19,125 bases of DNA from a bacterium (lineage in GTDB: Bacteria; Sysuimicrobiota; Sysuimicrobiia; Sysuimicrobiales; Kaftiobacteriaceae). Under the pieces are notes generated by a model. The model did not search any database. It worked only from the letters and a program-made list of their open reading frames with translations, and was not told where the DNA came from. Positions 7,589 through 14,918 of this stretch are shown one piece after another. Position numbers and translations under genes: made by a program. Where the stretch lies: positions 1 to 19,125 of the forward strand of contig JBIOWP010000136.1 in the NCBI GenBank assembly GCA_044868695.1. The letters run 5' to 3'. Position 1 is the stretch's first letter. Each line of letters starts with the position of its first letter.

Positions 7589-9046
7589 TCACCGTTCCAG
7601 AAGCCCGGCCGGCACGCGCAGGCTGGCTGCGGCCTCGCCCAGCCACGCGCGGAGCGTCTCGATCCGCAGACGCGCACCGTCGAGCTGGGCTTCCACCGCC
7701 GCCTTCGCCGTTCCTCCGGGCGCGCGCTTGGCCTCCACCGCGGCAGCCGGCCGGACGAGGTCCCGAATGTCGCGATCGAACAAGGGGGTGATCCGGCGGT
7801 ACGTCTCGAGCGGCAGGTCCCACAACTGGACTCCGGCCGCCACGGCCTCCTGCACGACACGCCCCGCGGTCTCATGGGCCTCCCGGAACGGCATCCCCTT
7901 GCGCGTGAGATAGTCGGCAACCTCAGTGGCCGTCAGCAGCCCGCGCCGCGTCGCCTCTTCCATGCGCGCCGCCGAGAACTCCACGCCGCCCAGGAACGTG
8001 AGCATCGCGCGCACCGACGCCAGCGCCAGATCCAGCGCGTCAAAGACAATCTCTTTGTCTTCCTGGAGATCGCGGTGATATCCGGCCGGCAGCCCCTTGA
8101 GCACCGACAGCATCGCGGTGACCGCGCCGACCGCGCGGCCCGCGCGGCCGCGAATCAGCTCCGCCGGATCGGGGTTTTTCTTCTGGGGCATCAAACTGCT
8201 GCCGGTCGCCACCGCGTCGGCCAGAGACACAAACCCGAACTCGTCGCTGGCCCAGAGCACCAGCTCATCGCTCCACCGCGAGAGGTGAACCATCAACAGC
8301 GCGGCGGATGCGGTCACCTCCACGGCGAAATCCCGGTCTCCGGTTGCGTCGATGCTATTGTCGGTCACCCGCGCGAACCCCAGGGCCGCGGCTACGCGCT
8401 GGCGGTCCACGGGATAGGACACTCCGGCGATGGCTCCCGATCCCAGCGGCAGGACATCGGTGCGGCGGTAGGTGTCCATCAGCCGGTCCGCGTCCCGGTC
8501 CAGCATCCAGACGTAGGCCAGCAGGTGGTGGGCAAGCCGCACGGGCTGCGCATGCTGCAGGTGCGTGAACCCCGGCAGGATGATCTCCATCGTGCCCGCG
8601 GCCCGGGTGACGGTCGCTTCCATCAACGCGACGATCTGCGTTGTGAGCTCCACGATCTGTTCCTTCACGTACAGGCGGAACGTAGTCGCCACCTGATCAT
8701 TCCGGCTGCGCGCGGTGTGCAGGCGGCCGGCGGCCGGGCCGATGCGCCGGTAGAGGGTTGCCTCAACAAAGGAGTGGACGTCCTCGTACACCGCCTTGGG
8801 GCGGAGCCGGCCGGCCTCCACGTCGGCCAGGATCACCCGCAGGCCGTCGGCGATGGCCGCGGCGTCGGAGACGGGGATGATGCCGGTGGCGCCCAGCATC
8901 TGCGCATGGGCGATGCTGGCGAGGACATCCCAGCGAAGGAGCCGGCGGTCGCTGTCAAAGGAAGAAGTGAATTCCAGGAGGCCGGCGTGCAGCGCCTCCT
9001 GGAATCGGCCGCCCCACATCTTGTGCGGCGCATCCCGGCCGGGCAT
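7589..9046 (-). CDS. argH: Argininosuccinate lyase
   Basis: WGGRF, EDVHSFVE, LHTARSRNDQVAT, PGFTHLQHAQP, signature GSSLMPQKKNPD, YHRDLQEDKE. Confidence 0.98.
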   Translation of the reverse strand: MPGRDAPHKMWGGRFQEALHAGLLEFTSSFDSDRRLLRWDVLASIAHAQMLGATGIIPVSDAAAIADGLRVILADVEAGRLRPKAVYEDVHSFVEATLYRRIGPAAGRLHTARSRNDQVATTFRLYVKEQIVELTTQIVALMEATVTRAAGTMEIILPGFTHLQHAQPVRLAHHLLAYVWMLDRDADRLMDTYRRTDVLPLGSGAIAGVSYPVDRQRVAAALGFARVTDNSIDATGDRDFAVEVTASAALLMVHLSRWSDELVLWASDEFGFVSLADAVATGSSLMPQKKNPDPAELIRGRAGRAVGAVTAMLSVLKGLPAGYHRDLQEDKEIVFDALDLALASVRAMLTFLGGVEFSAARMEEATRRGLLTATEVADYLTRKGMPFREAHETAGRVVQEAVAAGVQLWDLPLETYRRITPLFDRDIRDLVRPAAAVEAKRAPGGTAKAAVEAQLDGARLRIETLRAWLGEAAASLRVPAGLLER

Positions 9047-9064
9047 CAGAGGGTGGACGTGAGG

Positions 9065-10300
9065 TTACGTGACCGGATGCCGGAGCCCCCGCCGGATGTG
9101 CTGCGGGTTGACCTGGGCGAACACCCGCGTGGGCAGCCCCCAAAGGTGGACAAATCCCTCGGCATCCCTCTGATTATAGACGGCATCTTCGCCGAAGGTG
9201 GCCAGGTCCTGCCGGTATAGCCCGTGCGGTGAGGCGCGGCCCACGACCGCGCATGTGCCCTTGAACAGCTTGACCCGCACCGCACCGGTCACGGTGCGCT
9301 GGGCGACGTCCACGAACGCATCGAACGCCTGCCGCAGGGGCGAGTACCACTGGCCGTAATAGACGAGTTCCGCATAGCGCGGCGCGATCAACGCGGCGTA
9401 GTGCTGCGTGTCACGGTCCACCGTCACCGTCTCGAGGTCGCGATGCGCGGCAGAGAGAATCGTCCCGCCGGGAGTTTCATAGACGCCCCGCACCTTGATC
9501 CCCACCAGGCGGTTCTCCACCATGTCCACGCGCCCGACGCCGTGCGCGCCTCCCACGCGGTTCAGTGTCTGGATCAGCCCCACGGGGTCGCACCCCGCGC
9601 CGTCCAGCCCCACCGGCCTCCCCTGCTCGAACGAAATCTCCACATAGGCCGGCTCTTCTGGTGCCTGGGCCGGGGCGGTGGTCAGCGCGAACACATCATC
9701 AGGCGGTTCCTGCCAGGGGTCCTCCAGCACACCAGCCTCGGCGCTGCGGTGCCACAAATTCTGGTCGACGCTGTAGGGCTTCGTCCTCGTCGCCGGCACA
9801 GGGATCCCATGGGCGGCGGCGTACGCGATCTCGTCGTCGCGGGAGCGCAGACTCCACTCCCGCCACGGCGCGATGATCCGCAGCTCGGGCGCCAGCGCCT
9901 GGTACGCGAGTTCGAAACGGACCTGGTCGTTCCCCTTCCCCGTGCAGCCGTGCGCCAGGGCATCGGCGCCCTCGGCGAGCGCCACCTCGACCTGGACCCT
10001 GGCAATCAGCGGCCTCGCCAGCGCGGTCCCCAGCAGATACTGCCCTTCATAGACCGCGTTGGCCCGCAGGGCGGGGAAGAGATACTCGGTCGCAAATTCC
10101 CGCTTCACGTCAACGACGTGGGCGGCATCCGCGCCGCTGGCCAGGGCCTTCTGCCGGATGGCGGGCACGTCCTCCGCCTGGCCCACATCGACCACGACGG
10201 CGATCACCGCGCAGCCGTAGGTCTCCTTCAGCCACGGGATGATGATCGACGTATCCAACCCGCCGCTGTACGCAAGGACCACCTTCTTGGGGGTCGGCAT
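9065..10300 (-). CDS. argG: Argininosuccinate synthase
   Basis: [58 protein letters not shown] 10300 with SD AGGAGGT. Confidence 0.98.
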   Translation of the reverse strand: MPTPKKVVLAYSGGLDTSIIIPWLKETYGCAVIAVVVDVGQAEDVPAIRQKALASGADAAHVVDVKREFATEYLFPALRANAVYEGQYLLGTALARPLIARVQVEVALAEGADALAHGCTGKGNDQVRFELAYQALAPELRIIAPWREWSLRSRDDEIAYAAAHGIPVPATRTKPYSVDQNLWHRSAEAGVLEDPWQEPPDDVFALTTAPAQAPEEPAYVEISFEQGRPVGLDGAGCDPVGLIQTLNRVGGAHGVGRVDMVENRLVGIKVRGVYETPGGTILSAAHRDLETVTVDRDTQHYAALIAPRYAELVYYGQWYSPLRQAFDAFVDVAQRTVTGAVRVKLFKGTCAVVGRASPHGLYRQDLATFGEDAVYNQRDAEGFVHLWGLPTRVFAQVNPQHIRRGLRHPVT

Positions 10301-10311
10301 ACCGGACCTCC

Positions 10312-11517
10312 TCACACTCCTGCGGGTTGCGGGACCGCCACGAGCGCCGCGTCGAGAATTTCACTCGCTTCGTCCACGTCGGCCGGCGTAATGATGAGCG
10401 GCGGGACAAGACGGAGCGTATTGGGCTTCACGGCATTGACCAGGAGACCGCGGTCCCGGCAGGCATCCACGACCGCCGCCGCGTCCACAGAGAGTTCGAC
10501 CGCCGCCATGAGCCCGATCCCGCGGACGTCTGTGATCACACGGTGCGCTCGTCCCAGCGCCTGCAGGCGCCCGAACAGATAGTGGCCCACGCTCGCCGCG
10601 TGCTCGACCAGGCCGTCCGCCTCGATGGTCGTCAGCACCGCCAGCGCGGCCGCGCACGCCAGCGGATTGCCCCCAAACGTCGAGCCGTGGTCCCCCGGCG
10701 AGAACGTGGCCGCCGCGCCGCCCCTGGCCAGCATCGCGCCGATGGGGACGCCGCCTCCAAGCCCCTTGGCGAGCGCGATGACGTCCGGCACCACGCCGGC
10801 ATGCTCGTACGCGAACAACTTTCCGGTGCGTCCGATGCCGGTCTGGACCTCGTCGAAGATCAGCAAGAGACCCCGCTCATCGCACAGCCGCCTCACGCCG
10901 CGGAGATAGTCCGCCGATGCGACGTGGATCCCCCCTTCTCCCTGCACCGGTTCGATCATGACCGCACACGTCGCCGCCCCGGCCGCCCGGGTGAGGGCCT
11001 CGAGGTCGTTGAACGGCACCGGCACGAAGCCAGGCGGCAGCGGCTCGAACCCCCGCTGGTATTTCGGCTGGGCGGTAGCGGCCAGCGTCCCCATCGTGCG
11101 TCCATGGAACGAGTGCTCGGCCACAATGATCTCAAACCGGCCCGCCCCGCGCGTCTTCCCGAACTTGCGGGCGAGTTTGATGGCTGCCTCGTTGGCCTCG
11201 GCCCCGCTGTTGCAGAAGAAGGCGCGCTCGAACGCGGAGTGTTCCACCAGCCACCGCGCCAGTTCGGCCTGCTGCGGGATGTGATAGAGGTTGCTGACGT
11301 GCAGGAGGCGGGACGCCTGCGCGCGGATGGCCGCCGTCAGCGCCGGGTGATTGTGCCCCAGCGCGGTCACCGCAATTCCCGCGACGAAGTCCAGATAGGT
11401 CTTGCCCTCCGCGTCCGTGAGCCGCGCGCCCTGCCCTGAGATGAACGCCACCGGCGCGCGCCGGTATGTGCGCATCAGGTACGCGTTACTGAGCTCAGCC
11501 ACCCGCTCTGTTTCCAT
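10312..11517 (-). CDS. argD: Acetylornithine aminotransferase (PLP class III)
   Basis: [68 protein letters not shown] 11517 with SD GGAGGGAG. Confidence 0.96.
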   Translation of the reverse strand: METERVAELSNAYLMRTYRRAPVAFISGQGARLTDAEGKTYLDFVAGIAVTALGHNHPALTAAIRAQASRLLHVSNLYHIPQQAELARWLVEHSAFERAFFCNSGAEANEAAIKLARKFGKTRGAGRFEIIVAEHSFHGRTMGTLAATAQPKYQRGFEPLPPGFVPVPFNDLEALTRAAGAATCAVMIEPVQGEGGIHVASADYLRGVRRLCDERGLLLIFDEVQTGIGRTGKLFAYEHAGVVPDVIALAKGLGGGVPIGAMLARGGAAATFSPGDHGSTFGGNPLACAAALAVLTTIEADGLVEHAASVGHYLFGRLQALGRAHRVITDVRGIGLMAAVELSVDAAAVVDACRDRGLLVNAVKPNTLRLVPPLIITPADVDEASEILDAALVAVPQPAGV

Positions 11518-11546
11518 GCCGTACTCCCTCCACACCCTCAAACTTC

Positions 11547-11614
11547 GGGATTAGGGATCCGGGATTAGGGATTAGTACCCTTATCTCTCCCTGCTCCCTA
11601 CTCCCTGCTCCCGC
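11547..11614 (+). repeat. Paired heptamer arrays forming an imperfect inverted repeat in the argB-argD spacer
   Basis: GGGATTA GGGATCC GGGATTA GGGATTA (11547-11574), 12-nt spacer, CTCCCTG CTCCCTA CTCCCTG CTCCCGC (11587-11614). Confidence 0.92.
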
Positions 11615-11622
11615 AATTGGGT

Positions 11623-12597
11623 TCAGGGCGTAATCATCGTCCCCACACCCTCTTCCGTGAACAGCTCGACAAGGAGGGCATGCGGTTGAGCGCTGCCGAT
11701 AATGTGCGCGGTCGGGACGCCCGCGGACAGTGCGGCCAGACAGGCTTCGATCTTTGGAATCATCCCGCGCGACACGACACCGTCCCGGATGAGGTGCCGG
11801 GCATCTTCCGCGCGCAGCGTCGACATCACGCTGCCGCCGCCACTCGAGCGCACCCCCGGAACGTCGGTGACCAGGATGAATTTGCTGGCACCCAGCGCCG
11901 CCGCCAGGGCGCCGGCGGCGTGGTCGGCGTTGAGGTTATAGGTGCGCCCGCCGGCGCCGATCCCCACCGACGCGATGACCGGCATGAATCCATTGGATGA
12001 CAACAACCGCACCAGTGTCGTGTCCACGGCCGTGATCTCGCCCACCTGCCCAAGATCCTCGGCGGCTGCCATCTTCCGCGCCTGAAATACGTTTCCGTCC
12101 TTTCCGCTGATCCCCACCGCGGACCCGCCGGCCGTCGCGATCCTCGACACCAGGACCTTGTTAACACGTCCGGCCAGGACCATTTCCACGACCTCCACCG
12201 TCGCCTCATCGGTCACCCGGAGTCCGTTGACAAACCGGCTGGGCCGGCCGAGCCGCTCCAGCATCCGGGTAATCTCCGGGCCGCCGCCGTGCACCAGGAC
12301 CGGCTCCACCCCCGCGCCCTTGAGCAGCACCAGGTCTTCGATCAGCGCATCGCCGTCCGCCGCGCCGTCGGGGGAGAGGCCGGCCGGAGGCATGACGCTG
12401 CCGCCGTACTTCACCACGACCGTCTTCGACTTCCAGGCGTTCACGTACCGCAGCGCCTGCGCCAGCGACTCGCCCACACTTGCAGTCGAATGCGCGATCA
12501 GTTGTGGCATCGCACTTTCGGGATCCGGGCCTCGGGCTCCGGGCTCCGAACTACCGTGCGTGAGGCCGGGGCCCGGTGCCCGGGGCCCGTCTGTCAT
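11623..12597 (-). CDS. argB: Acetylglutamate kinase
   Basis: VVVKYGG, VLVHGGGPEI, FVNGLRVTD, GISGKDG, YNLNADHAA, GMIPKIEAC, ELFTEEGVGT. ATG 12597 overlaps the argJ stop (ATGA); alternative in-frame ATG at 12510. Confidence 0.95.
   Translation of the reverse strand: MTDGPRAPGPGLTHGSSEPGARGPDPESAMPQLIAHSTASVGESLAQALRYVNAWKSKTVVVKYGGSVMPPAGLSPDGAADGDALIEDLVLLKGAGVEPVLVHGGGPEITRMLERLGRPSRFVNGLRVTDEATVEVVEMVLAGRVNKVLVSRIATAGGSAVGISGKDGNVFQARKMAAAEDLGQVGEITAVDTTLVRLLSSNGFMPVIASVGIGAGGRTYNLNADHAAGALAAALGASKFILVTDVPGVRSSGGGSVMSTLRAEDARHLIRDGVVSRGMIPKIEACLAALSAGVPTAHIIGSAQPHALLVELFTEEGVGTMITP
12516..12591 (+). repeat. Paired heptamer arrays at the 5' end of argB
   Basis: TTTCGGG ATCCGGG CCTCGGG CTCCGGG CTCCGAA (12516-12550), 13-nt spacer, GGCCGGG GCCCGGT GCCCGGG GCCCGTC (12564-12591). 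The arms are roughly complementary (about 21/28 by eye). Confidence 0.75.
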
Positions 12598-13820
12598 GTC
12601 AGGTAGCCCGCGTTGACTCGAACGTAGTTTTCGTTGAGATCGGAAAACCACCCCGTGAACGTCCCATCGCCCAGGTGCAGATCGACGATGATCTCCACTT
12701 CCGGCTCTCTCATGGCGGCCGCCACCACCGACAGGTCGGTGGAGAGCGCCGTGCCGCCCCCGACGATCCGGTGCCCTCCGATCCAGATGTCCAGCGCGTC
12801 CGGATCCACCTCGGCCCCGGAGCGCCCCACCGCCGCCGCGACGCGGCCCCAGTTGGGTTCGGCCCCGTGCAGCGCGGTCTTGACGAGCGGGGAGGTCATC
12901 ACCGCCCCCGCGGCACGCCTCGCGTCCGCGGCGGTGCGCGCGCCGCGCACGATGAGCGTGGCCACGCGTGAGGCGCCTTCCCCATCGCCCACGACCATGC
13001 GCGCCAGAGCCGACGCTACGCCGGTCAGGGCAGCCTGGAACCGCGCAAACGACGCACCGTCGTCCAGCAGCGGCGGCGCGCCGGCCGCGCCGTTCGCCAG
13101 GCAGAACACCGTGTCGTTCGTGCTCGTGTCCCCGTCGACCGAGATGCTGTTGAATGAGCGGTCGACGGCAGCGCGCAGGGCGCGGGCCAGCCGGTGCGCC
13201 GGCACGGCGGCGTCCGTCGTGAGCACGCACAGCGTAGTGGCCATGTTGGGATGAATCATCCCGGCTCCCTTGGCCATGCCGCCGACCGTCACCACCGCCC
13301 CGTCGATCTCCACCTGGGCCGCCGCGGTTTTCGCGGAGGCGTCAGTTGTCAAAATGGCCTCGGCGGCGTCTCCCCCGCCGGCCGGACTGAGCGCGCCGGC
13401 CGCCCGGGGGATGCCCCCGCGGATCGCCGCCATCGGCAGCGGCACGCCGATCACCCCCGTGCTCGCCACTAGGACAAAGTCATCCGAGATGCCCAGCGAC
13501 GCGGCCACGAGCGCCGCCATTTCCCGCGCGTCGGCGATGCCCCGCGGGCCCGTGCAGGCGTTCGCGTTTCCGCTGTTGATGACGACCGCCTTGGCCGCCC
13601 CGGACTGGATCTTTTCCTGGCTGACGATCACCGGCGCAGCCTTCACCGCGTTGGTCGTGAAGACGCCCGCCGAGCTGGCCAGACGATCGGAGGTCAGCAG
13701 CGCGAGATCCTTCTTGGACGCTTTGATACCCGCGTGAACGCCGGCGGCCCGGAAGCCCCCTGGGGACGTCACGGTGCCTTCGATCATCCGGACTCCGCCC
13801 GCTCCCACGACCTTGATCAC
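12594..13820 (-). CDS. argJ: Ornithine acetyltransferase / N-acetylglutamate synthase
   Basis: PGGFRAAGVHAGIK, GVFTTN, NSGNANACTG, ASTGVIG, AKGAGMIHPNMATTL (autocleavage Thr), VDGDTSTNDT, DGEGA. GTGA overlap with the argC stop. Confidence 0.97.
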   Translation of the reverse strand: MIKVVGAGGVRMIEGTVTSPGGFRAAGVHAGIKASKKDLALLTSDRLASSAGVFTTNAVKAAPVIVSQEKIQSGAAKAVVINSGNANACTGPRGIADAREMAALVAASLGISDDFVLVASTGVIGVPLPMAAIRGGIPRAAGALSPAGGGDAAEAILTTDASAKTAAAQVEIDGAVVTVGGMAKGAGMIHPNMATTLCVLTTDAAVPAHRLARALRAAVDRSFNSISVDGDTSTNDTVFCLANGAAGAPPLLDDGASFARFQAALTGVASALARMVVGDGEGASRVATLIVRGARTAADARRAAGAVMTSPLVKTALHGAEPNWGRVAAAVGRSGAEVDPDALDIWIGGHRIVGGGTALSTDLSVVAAAMREPEVEIIVDLHLGDGTFTGWFSDLNENYVRVNAGYLT

Positions 13821-14854
13821 GGATACACCCCCGGGGCGCGCAGCCCCATGTCCTCCGGAAACCCAAACATGACGTTCATGTTCTGGACGGCCTGTCCGCT
13901 CGCGCCTTTGACCAGGTTGTCAAGCGCCGCCATCGCGATTACGATCCCCGCGCGGGAATCGACCCGCACCGCGAGATCGCAGAAGTTGGAACCGCTCGTG
14001 GCTTTCGTTTGGGGCAGCACCTCGTCCAGCACGCGGATGAACGGTTCGCCGGCATAGGCCTCGGAGATCATCGCCGTCGCCTCCGCGGTCGTGAGCGAAC
14101 CCACGAGGCGCAGGTAGGCGGTCACGAGAATCCCGCGCGTCATCGGAATGAGATGCGGCGTAAAGCTGACCACGGCATCGCGGCCCAGCACGCCCGCAAG
14201 TTCCTGCTCGACTTCCGGGGTATGCCGGTGCCCGGCTACGTTGTAGGGGATGACGTTCTCGTTCACTTCGGAAAAGTGGGTCCCCAGCGACACTCCACGC
14301 CCGGCCCCCGACACACCCGACTTCGCGTCAATGATGATGCCGGACGGGCTGACGGCGCGGGACCGCAGCAGCGGCGCGATGGCCAGCAGCGCAGCCGTGG
14401 GATAACAGCCCGGGTTCCCCACGATCCGCGCGGCGCGGACGGCGCCGCGGTGAAATTCCGTCAATCCGTACGCGGCTCCCTCGAGCAGCTCCGGACAGGC
14501 GTGCGGCGTCCCGTACCACTGTTCATACACGCGGGGGTCTTTGAAGCGAAAGTCGGCGCCCAGGTCCACCACACGCGCGCGCTCCACCAGCGCCGGGACC
14601 AGCGTCATCGCCTGTCCGTTGGGCAGCGCGACGAACACCACGTCCGAGTCGGACGCCACCGCGGCCGCGCTGAGCGGCTCCGTCACCGCCGCGGTCAGAT
14701 CGCGCAGGTTGGGGGACAGGCCGGCCATCGGCTCCCCCTGCGCCCTGTCGGCGGTGAGATGCACGAGCCGGACCTGCGGATGGCCCAGCAGCAGGCGGGC
14801 GAGTTCGCCGCCCCCGTAGCCGGATGCGCCGACGATGCTGGCCGTGATCGCCAC
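13817..14854 (-). CDS. argC: N-acetyl-gamma-glutamyl-phosphate reductase
   Basis: VGASGYGGGEL, DLGADFR, catalytic NPGCYPT, DAKSGVSGAGR, HRHTPE, DNLVKGASGQAVQNMN. Confidence 0.98.
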   Translation of the reverse strand: MAITASIVGASGYGGGELARLLLGHPQVRLVHLTADRAQGEPMAGLSPNLRDLTAAVTEPLSAAAVASDSDVVFVALPNGQAMTLVPALVERARVVDLGADFRFKDPRVYEQWYGTPHACPELLEGAAYGLTEFHRGAVRAARIVGNPGCYPTAALLAIAPLLRSRAVSPSGIIIDAKSGVSGAGRGVSLGTHFSEVNENVIPYNVAGHRHTPEVEQELAGVLGRDAVVSFTPHLIPMTRGILVTAYLRLVGSLTTAEATAMISEAYAGEPFIRVLDEVLPQTKATSGSNFCDLAVRVDSRAGIVIAMAALDNLVKGASGQAVQNMNVMFGFPEDMGLRAPGVYP

Positions 14855-14856
14855 AG

Positions 14857-14894
14857 TGCGAATAATAATACTTCAAAGTGAATAAAGATGCAAT
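14857..14894. promoter_or_regulatory. Tandem ARG boxes (ArgR operator)
   Basis: AGTGAATAAAGATGCAAT (14877-14894) closely matches the ARG box consensus nnTGAATwwwwATKCAnw. A weaker box, TGCGAATAATAATACTTC (14857-14874), lies 2 nt away. AT-rich island directly before argC, with argR in the same cluster. Confidence 0.85.
14865..14893 (-). promoter_or_regulatory. Sigma70-type promoter for argC, overlapping the ARG boxes
   Basis: Minus strand TTGCAT (14893-14888), 17 nt, TATTAT (14870-14865), then 10 nt to the argC GTG. Confidence 0.75.
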
Positions 14895-14918
14895 CGGGAG
14901 GCCCGGCGGGCGAGGCGC

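Noticed and set aside
6029..9220. 1063-aa plus-strand ORF
   Set aside because: Antisense to pgpH, argR, argH and argG; Ala/Arg/Ser-rich with no recognisable motif. Long shadow ORFs are expected at this GC content.
9046..9285. 79-aa minus-strand ORF ending at the argH start (possible leader or coupling peptide)
   Set aside because: Lies almost wholly inside argG in another frame, with no clear SD or recognisable features.
11547..11614. CRISPR array or telomere-derived (TTAGGG) sequence
   Set aside because: Units are 7 nt with no unique spacers and no cas genes. The TTAGGG match is a by-product of the GGGATTA heptamer.
11623..13230. 535-aa ORF suggesting an ArgB fusion protein
   Set aside because: The part upstream of 12597 overlaps argJ in another frame and is low-complexity; argB has a coupled ATG at 12597.
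14895..14918. Possible terminator after carB
   Set aside because: Only a 4-bp GC stem (GCCC/GGGC) and no adjacent U-tract.
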